From the NCBI RefSeq assembly GCF_009914755.1, contig NC_060927.1: 64,000 nt of DNA. One strand, given 5' to 3'. Both the position numbers and the translations under genes were made by a program. This document shows positions 1 through 17,639 of this stretch, piece after piece. Each line of letters begins with the position of its first letter. Positions within the stretch are counted from its first letter, which is position 1. The notes beneath the pieces are model-generated. The model saw only the letters and a list, made by a program, of their open reading frames with translations. It did not search any database and was not told where the DNA came from. This DNA is from the human T2T-CHM13v2.0 reference genome, Homo sapiens.

Positions 1-249
1 GGGCGGTGGCTCCTGCCTGTAATCCCGGCACTTTGGGAGGCCGAGGCAGGCAGATGACGAGGTCAGGCATTTGAGACCAGCCTGACCAACATGATGAAAA
101 TAAAAAAATTAGCCAGGCGTGGTGGCACGCACCTGTAATCCCAGCTACTAAGGAGGCTGAGGCAGGAGTTGCAGTGAGCTGAGACTGCGTCACTGCACTC
201 TAGCCTGGGCGACAGGGCGAGACTCAGTCTCAAAAAAAAAAAAAAAAAA
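1..249 (+). mobile_element. Alu (AluS-like, 5' end at window edge, internal deletion)
   Basis: Alu consensus motifs and poly-A tail. Confidence 0.9.
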
Positions 250-253
250 GAGA

Positions 254-402
254 GAGAGATGAGGTCTTGCTCTGTCACCCAGGCTGGAGTACAGTGGTAT
301 GGTCATAGCTCACTAAAGCAGTGAACTCCTGGGTTGAAGTGATGCCCCCGCCTCAACTTCCTGAGTAGCTAGGATTACAGGTGTGCACCACCACGTCAGC
401 TA

Positions 403-433
<31 letters not shown>

Positions 434-845
434 AATTTTTTGAGACGGAGTCTCACTCTGTTGCCCAGGCTGGAGTGCAGTGGTGCAATCTCCGCCTCCC
501 GGGTTCATGCCATTCTCCTGCCGCAGCCTCCCGAGTAGCTAGGACTACAGGCACCCGCCACCACGCCCGGCTAATTTTTTGTATTTTTAGTAGAGATGGG
601 GTTTCACCATGTTAGCCAGGATGGTCTCGATTTCCTGACCTCATGATCCGCCTGCCTCGGCCTCCCAAAGTGCTGGGATTACAGGCGTGAGCCACCATGC
701 CCGGCCCACGCCAGCTAATTTTTTATAGAGATGGGGCCTTGCTATGTTGCCCAGGCTGGTTTCAAACTCCTAGGCTCAATGATCCTCCTAACTCAGTCTC
801 CTGAGTTGCTGGGACTATGGGTGTGAGCTATTGTGCCCAGCCACA
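254..845 (-). mobile_element. AluJ-like element with an AluY-like element (~436-706) nested in its A-rich linker
   Basis: duplicated cacg(t/c)cagctaattt on both sides of the inner Alu. Confidence 0.85.
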
Positions 846-1628
846 GGTTCTGTAAAAAGAGGCATCCTCGGGATTGGAGACAGAGCAAGAAGGAAGGGCG
901 AGCATGGAGCTGAGATGGAAAATGAATTTGGGTTTGGTATCTGACTGCTGGGAGTGTGAAGATGGGATGACGTGAAGAGGACACAGAACTTTTTGCTTTG
1001 GGAACAGATGTAGGCTGGGCAGCCATATAGTGAAATACAGAGGTATCGGTGAAGGGAAGGTATAGAACTCCCAGAGTTTCAAATAGAGCAGTGGCAAACA
1101 GAGACTTACTATTCTAAGATTCTCCACAAACTGCCAAAGAGGCACCTTTGTTTTTAAGGTGGTACTGTCCCAGCTCCCTTTTGGAAGCCCTTTTTTTGTT
1201 CTCTTCCTACCCCACATCACCTGCTAGGCCATTAATAAAAGCAATGCTTTGTTTTCCACACTCTAAATCACTACTAATGATTCTCTAATGGTATTCTAGG
1301 TGGCGTGAAGGACAACAGGAGATGATTTTGTTGCTGCTGGAAACAGGAGGCCTACTTTTAAAACTAAAAAGTACAATATTCTAGCCTGCAGACGAAAGAA
1401 CACTCCTAATGGACTTGTTGTGACAAAGGGAAGCCATATACTAGGAGAAATAATGCTGCCCATGTTTATCAACAGGTACAGGTTGCTCGCTTCCACCAAG
1501 TCCGACCTGGACAGAGGCCTTAAACAAGTTAGGAAGAACATATTGCCGCCCTTCACAGGTCTCCTCCTCTCTCTCTCAATCCCTGAGCTTTGGTTTCCTG
1601 AGATTTTATTGATTAAAGCTATGTATGT

Positions 1629-1927
1629 GGCCCAGTGCAGTGGCTCATGCCTGTAATCCCAGTACTTTGGGAGGCTGAGGTGGGTGGATTACTTGAGGTC
1701 AGCAGATCAAGACCAGCCTGGCCAACATAGTGAAACCTCGTCTCTACTAAAAATATAAAAATCAGCTGTGTGTGGTGGTATATGCCTGTGGTCACAGCTA
1801 CTTGGGAGGCTGAGGAGAAGATAGTTTGAACCTGGAAGGTGGAGGATGCAGTGAGCTGAGATCGCGCCACTGCACTCCAGCCTGGGCTACAGAGGGACTC
1901 TGTCTCAAAAAAAAAAAAAAAAAAAAA
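1629..1927 (+). mobile_element. AluS followed by (GA)n(CA)n microsatellite to ~1970
   Basis: full dimer with A tail. Confidence 0.9.
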
Positions 1928-1977
1928 GAGAGAGAGAGACACACACACACACACACACACACACAGAGACAAAGACA

Positions 1978-2492
<515 letters not shown>

Positions 2493-4069
2493 TAGGAAAC
2501 ATGTGCTATGCCTTAGGCACTATATTTAAGAGTTTTATAAATGTTAACTCATTCAATCCCCATAACAACACTATAAACCAGGCACTATTATCCCTGTGGA
2601 AGAAAGGGAAGGACACAAAGATTAAGTAGCTTGCCCAATGTCATAAAGCATGTAAATGAGGGAGCTCAGATCTGATACAGGTACTCTGATTCTAGAGATG
2701 GTGCTTGCAGCCAGTGTGCACCCCTGACAATCAAGGTCTGGGGGAGAGGGGTCCAACAGGTGCTCAGAGACGACGTGATGCAAACCCTGGTGTCACCAAA
2801 CTGATTGATCCATTATTTGCCCCATGCTCAGCTCCAGACAGAAATTACTTTCTGAACCCGCAATTCAGAATATATGTTCCAGCAGAGAAATCAACTATTC
2901 AAGAAATAATCTGGCAAAGAGGAGCATCACTGGCTGATTGACAAACACCCACAAAGTGATGTCTACCTATCATGCACTGGGAAATGCCTGCAGGCTCTTG
3001 CTCTTAGGCCCAGTAGTACTATTTCCAAAGCTATCTGCTCAGTGGCAGTGGCCCATTTACCTATTACCCTACATCTTTATGAATACAAGCTGGAATAGGG
3101 CAGCTTTAGGGTTTTCCAAGGCTGTTAGCCCAACAGCTAAAAAAACCTTTCTTTTCATTTATTATAAATTCTAAAGCCTTGTGAAAAAGATTCTTTATCC
3201 TATTGTCACAAACAAGGTCATAAAGCCACTGGGATACAGGTGTTCTGAGTATGAGAGGACAACGGCTCCTTGGCAGCAAAAATGAAGGTCTAGAGGAAAA
3301 GCAATTTACTTCTGCTTATGGCACCCTGCAAAAACAAACATCTCTCAGGAAAGCAAGAGGTACCTAAGAGTGAATGATGTCCCTTTGCCATTCAGAGGTT
3401 CCTTCTGTCAGATGCTAAGCAACTCAGCACTGGTGTACCTGGGGCAGTGGGTTTAGAGAAAAGACAGGAAAGGAGGTAAGAATAAGGTTGAGTAAGGGTT
3501 GACCGTGCCAGGTGATTTGACAGTTATCTCTCTGAAGTCTCCAGGTTGTTAGTAAGATGATGGTAAGGGCCTAGTTTTGAGATAAGGAAACTAAGCCTCA
3601 GAGAAGCTATGTAATTTGGCGCAAAGTCACAATGAACAAGAGACTGAGCTGAGATTCAAATCCAGGTCTCTCTGACCCTGAGGTCCATTCTCTTTTCCTT
3701 TACCCCACCTTCCTTTCTAAGGAGTAACTTTCCCCTTAGAAAAGGTAACTTCCAAGGATGAAATCTGAAATGGGGTAGAATTTAAGAAGACTCAGGAGAA
3801 GACAAAATCAATTTCGCATAAAGCAACCCTTGTCCTTAAGAAGTCTAAACATCTTTATGGGTTTTTGTGGTGTCTGATATAGGTCTCACCACTTTTAAAT
3901 GAACAACAGTGTCTGCATTTCCATTAATTCTTACTAACATTAAGAGATCTGGCCCACACAAATCTGAAATGCATAGGAACAGGCCTTAGCAAACAAAGTA
4001 AAGGATGTATGTCTTTTCCATTAAAAAAAAAAAATCAGGTATTTTTTCCCAGCAGACAGGGAGAGGAAG

Positions 4070-4073
<4 letters not shown>

Positions 4074-4105
<32 letters not shown>
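4074..4105 (+). repeat. (GA)n microsatellite
   Basis: direct reading. Confidence 0.95.
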
Positions 4106-4109
<4 letters not shown>

Positions 4110-4645
4110 GGCATCAAAACAGCAGTATCAAAAGCTTAGAATGGTGGGAGTCTGACCTACATACAAGCTTTTTTTCTTTTCTTTTTTCTTTTTTTTTTTT
4201 AAACAGCAGGCATCTGAAGCCTGAAAAATTAAAAGCTTTGCTAAAATTAGGTTTAACTAGTAGAAAAATCCCTCATTCTCTCTCAGGTTTATTGTATCTT
4301 TTACTAAAGCATTACACTCATGACACTTAATGGAATATTAGTAAAGGACCTTAATTTTATACTTTGGGTTGGGAAAGGAGGGTAGGAAAAGAAAGTGAAT
4401 CTAGGAAAGGGAACCTGTGAATTTCCAGTCTTGAGCACATTTCATCAATCCATTTCTAACTGTCTATAGCACATCCTCTGGCTGAGTCTCCTGGAGAATG
4501 GAAATAACAAAATCAGGGCCAAGTGAGGGGAAGCCCAGGCTCCTCAGAGACTGTGCCTTCCCCACAGCAGCTTCCTGGGGATGCCTGTGACAGACTCTCT
4601 TTGTTGAAGACTGGGCCCTCACTGTTCTCTTTGTGAGGGTAACCT

Positions 4646-4687
4646 GCTACTCCGGAAAGTAGCATGGCTACTCCGGAAAGTAGCATG
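4646..4687. repeat. perfect 21-bp tandem duplication gctactccggaaagtagcatg x2
   Basis: direct reading. Confidence 0.95.
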
Positions 4688-4747
4688 TAAGTAGGACCAA
4701 AGGCACCGCAGATAATAAAATCTTGGCTGATGTGATGGGCTACGGCT

Positions 4748-5088
<341 letters not shown>

Positions 5089-5199
5089 TGAGTCCAGGGG
5101 TGGGTTAGAAAGTGGTGATTGGTTGTAATCCTTTCCTGAGCTTTATTTCTCATGAGGTAGGGTTGTGTAAGTAGGTGTGAGGGGCTTAAAAAGCCAACT

Positions 5200-5655
5200 G
5201 TAGCTGGGTGTGGTAGCACATGCCTGTAAGTCCCAGCTACTCAGGTGGCTGAGGTGAGAGGATTGCTTGAGCCCAGGAATTCGAGGCTGCAGTGGGCCAT
5301 GACTGCACCACTGTACTCCAGGCTGGGCGACACAGCAAAACCCTGTCTCAAAAAAAAGTTCCAGTTTTTTTAAAAGACAGGGTCTTGCTCTATCGCCCAG
5401 GCTGGAGTGCGGTGGCACAATCTTGGCTAAATGCAGCCTTGACCTCCTGGGATCAAGTGATCCTTCTGCCTCAGCCTCCCAAGTAGTTGGGACCACAGGC
5501 ACACGCCACCACACCAAGCAAATTTTTTTTATTTTTGTAGAGAGAGGGTTTCACCATGTTGCCCAGGTTGGTCTCGAACTCCTGAGCTCAAGCAATCTGC
5601 CTGCCTTGGCCTCCCAAAGTGCTGGGATTACAGGCGTAAGCCATCATTTCCAGCC
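5200..5655. mobile_element. tail-to-tail Alu pair: + right arm (5200-5358) and - AluJ (5365-5655)
   Basis: Alu motifs in opposite orientations ~6 bp apart. Confidence 0.85.
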
Positions 5656-5936
5656 CATTCTAGTTTTAACATTAGAATACCATTGTATTATGTCTGAGTT
5701 CTCATCAAATCAGACCAATTCTATTCTGATTTTCAAGGCACTTCCAAAAATTCTTCCACTATTAATAATGAGGAAACAATGAAAATATTTAAATCAAACA
5801 TGTTCTTTCCTTCTGCTTTCACACATAGAGTACACACGAAGGCTTCCCCAGTGCAGGCAGCTGACTTAAGATCCATGAGGCAGGAATGTTCAAGAGTGCC
5901 TCATTTATTACAAATGCCTAGGACGGGCTGGGCCTA

Positions 5937-6095
<159 letters not shown>

Positions 6096-6187
6096 CTAGA
6101 TTTCTGTCATTTCCTTCTAACTTAATGATAGGTAATCTTCCTTTAAACATGTGCTGAAGTTCCTACAGTCCTGACCATCTCAACTTA

Positions 6188-6611
<424 letters not shown>

Positions 6612-7758
6612 TTAACAGATACCATGGCCCAGGGTGTGGTCAAGGGAATACCACACATGTGCTTAAGAATTGGTTTCTATTATGACTATTCACCTTTTGC
6701 CATCTGGAATGGCAGTCTTATAGGGAGAATCTTAATGTAGGCATCATTTGATATAATTTTATAGTTTAAATGAAAAGGAATGAAATGCAATGCTGTGTAT
6801 TTCATTAAGATCAACAAAACCTAAAGGTGGTCTAAGAACAGTTGGGGCCAACCTCAGTTTCCATTTGCCAACTGGATACCAGAAACATTCTACTACAGAT
6901 ACTTCCCGTGTCTTTTTGTTTGGTAGGAAGAAACCAAGTTGGGACACTATAAGAGACAGGAACAAAATCTACCAAAAGTTGGAGTTATCAGGTGAGTTAG
7001 GAGTAGGACCAAATAATAAGAGCCAAGGAAGAGCAATAGAGGCATGCACGCAGTAGTCTCCAAACAAAAATTATAAGCATTTGATGAATCAAAGGTAGGG
7101 GACAGGGCAGAGGGGCTGAAGAACTTACAGAGGTATCGGTACAAACTAAATGGAATATGTACAGGTGCCAGCTTATACCAGCTACATTCATACCTAGAAG
7201 TCCGTAAGTGTTTAAGAGCCTAGCAGATTCATAATACCAAGCTGCTACTTTAACAGGCTCTACCACTAACTGATGGAGAGTTTTGTAGAGAAGAATTACA
7301 TGTAACTTATCTGCATACTTATACAGAGGCCAGAGAGATGAAAAATTAACCACTTGGTAATAAATCTGCCTAGTCCCTCCTCTCAGCACTTCCCCAACCT
7401 TACTGGCATTCAGAAGCTGATTATTCCCATCATATATCATAAAGTCGAGCCAAATACCAAAGACAGCCAACTGACCCAGATAATCTTCAGCTCCCAATGT
7501 AAGCTGTGGCCTGTTAACTTTTCTGGAACTTAGGAATCATGAGTTGGAAGGACCTGCTCATAGTTCTTACCTTACCCTGTGGCAACTCAGAGACTAAAGC
7601 CATTCTGGCCCCAAAATGCTACGGACAATCTTACTTGCCCTGGTTTGAAAGTCCTTTTTAGCTGACCTTTAGAATATGGTCTATCAGACCTACGTGCTAG
7701 AACCAGCTTTTTCTGAACTGGTAACTTTAAAATAGTGGGTTTAATTTACTGTTGTTCT

Positions 7759-9135
<1,377 letters not shown>

Positions 9136-9374
9136 TCATGAGACTATCTTGTCATAGACTAAAAATAAAAAAAAAACCTCTCATCATGCACTGCACTCAA
9201 TAATTCTTTCCTTTACAAATTCACTTTAGAAAAGCCTATTTTTGTGAGAAAGTAAAAAGATTAAAATGACCTATTTCTCTTCCAAAGACTATTTTTATGA
9301 ACTCTAGTTTGCGGAACTGCTTCACTAGAATAGCTGTATCTGAATCTGCTATAAATCCCCTTAGTCTTCCGTCA

Positions 9375-9560
9375 CGGGAGGCAGCACTGTGGCACTGGCC
9401 TCACTTTGGAATCAGATGGAGCTCAGTGTGAATCCTGGCTCTACCATGCAGCAAAGCTATGCGGCCTTGCCATGCATCAGTTCTTCAACTGTAAGGTGAG
9501 AATGAGAAATAAGTGAAACAATGTGGGTGAGGGGCATGGCATACAAACACCCATTATCAT
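9375..9560 (+). mobile_element. MIR fragment
   Basis: ctttggaatcagat...gaatcctggctctacca...ctgtaaggtgag core similarity. Confidence 0.65.
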
Positions 9561-10589
9561 CAAAATCTCATTTAGGGAAGAAAGTAGACGCACCTCTCTG
9601 CCCATCTTTTACAAAGTAAATGCAGATGCTAGCACTCCTTAGATGTTCTGTGAGCAGTTAATGTGAATATGATGCTTTAGCACCATCAAGAGCCAAATAC
9701 CAAGTAGCTACAGTAAACTTCCTCTTAAAAGTTTATCCCAGTATTTCAGAAACTGAATTTTTATTTATTTATTTATTTTTCAGAGACAGGGTCTCACTCT
9801 GTTGCCCAGGCTGGAGTGTAACGGTGCAGTGTCACAATCACAGCTCACTTGCAATCTCAAACTCCTGGGCTCAAGTGATCCTCCAGCCTCAGCCTCCTGA
9901 GTAGCTAGGACTACAGGTATGCAGTACCACCACACCTGGCTACTTTTTTTTTTTTTTTTGGTAGAGACAGCTTCTCTCTATATTGCCCAGGCTGGTCTCA
10001 AACTCCTGGGTTCAAGCGATCCTCAAGTCTTGGCCTCGCAAAGTGCTGGGATTAATGGTGTGAGCCACCAAGCCTGGCCTAGGAATTTAATTTTTAAATA
10101 ACTATTGTTCTTGAAAAATTACTTTGAGATGTGAACTCTTAAGCATTTGTATCTTTTGAAAGCTTAACTCTGGAGAAAATCTGATTCCATACAAAGAATT
10201 TAAGATCCACTCAAGTAGACAGAAATAAGACTGAGAAAGAATGCACCTTGTTGTGAGCAGGGTAAACTTCTAAGGCTATCTCCACAAATGTCATTTAGAG
10301 TGGCAAGTCTGACGATGGTAGTAATTCTTATGATTGCAAATTAATCCTGTGAGTGTGTGTAAACGAAAGCTTCCCAAAGTAAACTTAGCCCTGTTTTTCG
10401 GTAAAGTCAATAAAAACTACTAAAACTACAGCCTAAAATATATTTTGGGTTGTGAATAAGTGTGTTGATAATACCGTGACTTGGACAGAGAATTTGCATC
10501 CCATCCCCAAAAGCACAAACTTTGGCTCTAAGCACTTGGTATATTACTGTGGATAAGCAAACTATAAAAATCTTACAAGATGACTTTCA

Positions 10590-12720
<2,131 letters not shown>

Positions 12721-13132
12721 TTATCTGTGTTTGAAGATTTCCGTAACAAAAAGTAAAAGTGGCAGAAAGATGATGGTTGTTGAAACCAGGTCATGGGAGT
12801 TTGCTGTGTTGTGTGTATTTATCTTTGAAAATGTCTATAATTTTTTTTACGGTATCAATAATCCAAGATAAATTCTGAATGAACTCTGAGATATTACTGT
12901 CCAATCAGAGGCTGACCTACTCAACAAAAAGGCATCATACCAAGAGAAAAAGAACATGGAAGGCTTCATGTGGCGATAACCCTAAATCTCACATGCCTAC
13001 AATTTTCTAGATGACAATGAAAATTTTGAGCAGTCTTCATCAGAAAACACCAACTGTGTGGTTGGCCCCAATGATGCTCTGTGCCTCTGTAGTGACCATA
13101 AGCTTTTTCCAAGAGCAGGGCCTTCCTCTTAC

Positions 13133-13394
13133 CTGGCTGGGGTGGATGAGGTGGTGGCATCTGGTGGTGCATCAGAGGGTAGGGAGGGGGCTGTTGATGA
13201 GGCATCATGCCAGGGTGCCCTGCTGCTCCAAGTGGGGCCAGGCCAGGTCCTCCTGAGTGCTGGTGTGCCTGTTGAGGGTTCTGGCCATGCTGCTGCTGTT
13301 CCATTTGCTGTCGTGCTCGTAATTCAGCATACTTCAGCTGTTCCATGTGGAAGTTTTGGCGTTCAGTAAGCAACTGCTGCCTCTGTTGTTCTAG
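13133..13394 (-). CDS. SMARCC1: SMARCC1 coding exon (~exon 26), 262 nt, end of coiled coil plus Q/H/P-rich low-complexity tail
   Basis: acceptor tttgcttacag|CTA, donor CCAG|gtaaga; phase 0->1. Confidence 0.98.
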
Positions 13395-13589
13395 CTGTAA
13401 GCAAAGGAAGTGGAAGAGAAATGACACCAGAAGAGGCTTTCAGGATTGGATAACACAAAGGACAACTACATAATGCCTGAATTACCTCTATCCCATCACA
13501 CTGACATCACCACCTCACTTCCTGCACCTTCTACAGTGAGAACAAAGGCATTATTTCTTGAGTAGCATATTTCCATTTGGACATCTGTT

Positions 13590-13960
13590 ACCATGGTCAA
13601 AGTCTTCTCCATGTTGAGTCTAAGTCTTTCCTTGCAATCTTCCCGCAGTAGGGCTACTGCTCTTTGGGCTCACTTGGACACATGTAATCCCCTCTACGTT
13701 TGGCAGGCCTTTAGATATCTAAAAATACTTTCTATGGCTGTCTGAGTCTTCCCCAGGTAAAACGAGCCTCTCTTGTCCTTGTAATAGTTCCTCAGATGTT
13801 AACATTTCAAGTTCACCCAACCTTCCTATGTGCTCTCTTTTGGATGTGATACTCTCATGGTTACTGTCTATTTTAGAACATAACACCAGAGTTAAATTAC
13901 TCTGCATGAGTTGACGTGGCCTTAGCTGCAAAGATATGCATTTCTCTATGTGGAACTTTG
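13590..13960 (-). mobile_element. CR1/L3 LINE 3' relic
   Basis: minus-strand remnants ELEMLTSEELLQ.. and FRYLKAC resemble the CR1 ORF2 end (GLE..YEERLKELGL / FKYLKGC). Confidence 0.6.
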
Positions 13961-14358
13961 GCAGTGCCACTGCAAATCTTAGCTTTCAAGTACCCAAAAT
14001 TATACTTGGTGACACATTCACGGAATATTTTAGTTGCCTATAAAAAAATTTGCATGAATCTTAGTTTAACGACTACAAGCATTTCAATATTCAAGATAAT
14101 CTTTCTGGCACCCAAATGAGAATAAAGAGAAATACAGTATTATATGTTTAGTTCAGAGAATGAAGCCTATCCTAAATTAATTTAATTCAGGGATGATAAA
14201 GAAAATCAACCTGAACATGCAGGAAAATGAAAATCCAGATCTCTGAAAGTAGTATAAAAATCATAAGCATAAGGAGGGTTAATAAACCCACTTCTTTTCA
14301 ATAACATCTCCATCCCATCATTTTGATAGAAAAATCTAAGTCACTGGGAATCATTTTC

Positions 14359-14638
14359 TAGTGCTGTGTTGTCCAATACAGCAGTTAGAAGCCACACACA
14401 GCTACTGAGCACTTGAAGTGTGGCTAACATGAAATGAGATGTGCTGTTGGTGATGCACAGTAAAATTTGAAGACTTAATATGAAAAATTGTTCATATAAA
14501 TTACATATAGAAACAATGTATATATGTAGGTTTTACATATACTGGATTATGTAAAACATCATTTCACCTGTTTTTAATTTGGCTACTAGAAAATTTTAGT
14601 TATATATATGGCTCACATATTTCTGTCCAATAGCACTA
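14359..14638 (+). mobile_element. MER33-like hAT-Charlie MITE
   Basis: gtccaatac..agccac..gagcacttgaagtgtggcta..gagatgtgctg..tggctactagaaaattt..gtccaatagcact. Confidence 0.8.
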
Positions 14639-17600
14639 TTCTGAGGCATTTAATAGGTTAGGGAAGTATAACATTTTTGCTTTTGGGGGCAGCAAGTTCT
14701 GTGGATAAACACTACACACTATTATTTGCAAAAACTAGATGGAATAAGCATGAGAATTAGCCTAAAAATCTGGGCCTTTGGCAGAGGGCCGACTGGGGAA
14801 AATCCCTGTGAAATTGAGTGAGAAGCATCACTGGTTATAGGAGTAGCAACTGGGGTATTTCCATGGACAGATGGGGTGTGGGAAGACAGGCCATGAACAC
14901 AGTATGAAGAAAAGATGCATGAGCAGGCTAAGAGGAGAACAAATAAAGAGAGTAAACGGTATAGCTTATGTCCTGGATTTTGGTAACTGGCTTGTAGACT
15001 TTCCTTAGGGAGAGGGAGATTTTCTGAAACAAAACATTTTGAGAGAGGTTGAGGGTTACCAGGAACAAGCAAGACAGGGTTCTACCATGGTCCTAATAGT
15101 CTAGTGTGGGCTCTTCATTTTCTGGGAAAGGTAATCTGAAGAGGGTAAAGCCTAGCCTGGTTCAGTTTCCTGTGTGCATGATGAGAAGGGAGATGTAATA
15201 TGTAAACAGCAAGAGAATCTTCTGGAAGTCCAGTTCTGCAGGAAGACTAATCAGATTAGTAAGTAAGAGGCAAAATGATTGTAAAAGGTGGGGTGGGAAA
15301 TCTAAATATTCTGGCTACAGATCCTTGGTTTTGCTTTCTTCTAATCATTCTTTCTAGGAATTTAGGACTCTGAATTTGCTTAAGAGGTGGCCAGAAAATA
15401 TCCTCTTATCTGTTTTTGTTGAGTGACTACTGGTCTGAACAGCTTGGCTGTAGTCCTACTGTTATGTAAGAACTATGGAATTTAGGTCAAGATATGCTTT
15501 ATAAGGAAGCTGAACTGCTACTGGAGGGAGCAGTGACTCTAAAAGGAAATTCTGGTCTCTGCATTACCTAGCTGAATTTTGGGTTCTGCTTTTAACCAAA
15601 CTAGCCTTTCTTTGAGGGCTTACCTTAGTATCAAGGTATTAACCTTGGAAAGAAAAAAAGAATCTACTAATAAGAGGATGAGAGGGCCAAGCTGGGAAGA
15701 AAAATTTGCCCAATTTTCCTTGCCTACAACATGAGCTAGCCTGTATTATCCTCTTTATTTTCTGAGTTTCATCTGTCATTTTAAAACTTAGAATTTAAAA
15801 AAAGTAATTAGAAGAATTAGAAAGGATAAGTGATTAAACACATACATAAACCTGAAAGAGAACCCAGTTTAAACCAAAAGTTCCAATGTGGGGCCAAACA
15901 TGTCCTATGAGTTGAGAGCAATGCCCAAATAACAGGCTACCAGTTGGCTCCATAAGGGCCATCTCTGTTCTGCGGCAGATGCAGCAGAGCTTGCCACCAT
16001 GTACTGGCCTCGTCATGCAAATAAAATAACTTTTCTTGTTCTAGATACCTTATTTTTATTAAATCAAGTTGAAGACTGCATTCACTTTTGTGGCAATCAG
16101 AAAGAATGTTAACTAGGAATTTCTGAGAGAAAATTGCCAGTACTGGTCATATTTTAAATGCACTTAACCAATGACCCAGTGATTAGGCATCTGGAAATCT
16201 GTCCTAGAATACTGTATGTATGCATGTGTAAGGATGGTCATCAAGGCATTCTTTTTGATGTTCAGTTACATAAGATAACCTGAATGGGGGAAAAAACAAG
16301 TTGCAATAAAAATATTTATAAGATAATCCAAGTATATAAAAATGACTTTGTGATCATGTATAAACACATTTAAAATGTTCTGAAAGATACAAACTATTAA
16401 CAGTGATCATCCATAGAAATGAAACTGGAAGTAGGAGAACTTTTCTCTTTTTTTTTTTTTTTTGAGACGGAGTCTTGCTCTGTCGCCCAGGCTAGAGTGC
16501 AGTGGTCGCCTTCCGGGTTCAAGCAATTCTCCTCCCTCAGCCTCCCAAGTAGCTGGGATTACAGGTGCCCACTACCACGCCCAGCTAATTTTTGTATTTT
16601 TAGTAGAGATGGGGTTTCACCATGTTGGCCAGACTGGTCTTGAACTCCTGACCTCAGGTGATCCGCCCGCCTCAGCCTCCTAAAGTGCACAGGCATGAGC
16701 CACTGCTCCTGGCCAGAACTTTTTATTTATGATTTGAAAATTTAAAATATCACACACATATGTTTAATAACAAAAAAATAGGCTCCAGCGAACCCAGTTT
16801 TTCATACAAGGCTGCCTATGGCCCTGCTCTGAAGACACATCCTGAGCCCCCACTTCCCCTGCTTTCAAAAACCCTGCCTTCCTCTCCCTCTTCACTGTGT
16901 ATGTATAAAGCAGCCGTATCCAAGCGAAATCTAACACAACAGAGCACTTTTCAACACCAAGACACCAAACGCAGACACAGCTGCAAGTGCAGCTGAAGTT
17001 CACACAAAGCTCTTCTCCCTTCTATTTGCATAAAGCAGGGAGGGGGGTGGGAAAGAGTAAAAGACAGTGAGGGCCACAAAAATCTATCTGCAATGCCAAG
17101 GACTGAAATATCAGCTGAGACTTGAAGCCTCAGAGCTAAAGTAAATAATCACACCTTCCTTTTCAATGCTTTGTATCAGTGATGAGAAATTCACTGAAAA
17201 AACCCCAAATCCAAAACAGACATATCCATCCCTTTTTATACCTGAGGTAAAAGAAAACAATATAATTGCATTTTGCTACTTCCATGTGTACTTCTGGTAG
17301 CAGAAATCCAAAAAGGGAGCCTGCATCATTATTGTGACTTGTCATTTTATCTTTGTTGCAGTGTGCTTGCTTCTTGAGGCCACAAGTCTTTCTGCTTCAG
17401 AACTGAACCTGCTACTGGGTATGGCTTTCTAATCTCAAATAAAACTACCTTTAATGTAATAGCAAATGTTGAACAATAGATTCAATTGTATGACAGGCAG
17501 CACAGAAGATGAATTACTACAACTACACAGAAAACAAAGTTAAATATAATTACTCTGGGACACTATGAAATTCTTTTTTGCTGTTCTTTCTTCCTCAGTT

Positions 17601-17639
17601 TGTCATAAAATATAACAAATTTTTCTAAACTTACTATTT

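Noticed and set aside
12966-13132. In-frame extension past the donor of the 262-nt exon (KRKALL...VIAT*)
   Set aside because: The donor is strong and I found no nearby poly-A signal to support a read-through isoform
15993-16112. GCCACCATG Kozak-like start on the + strand with a ~37-codon ORF
   Set aside because: No promoter, CpG island or homology; antisense intronic chance occurrence
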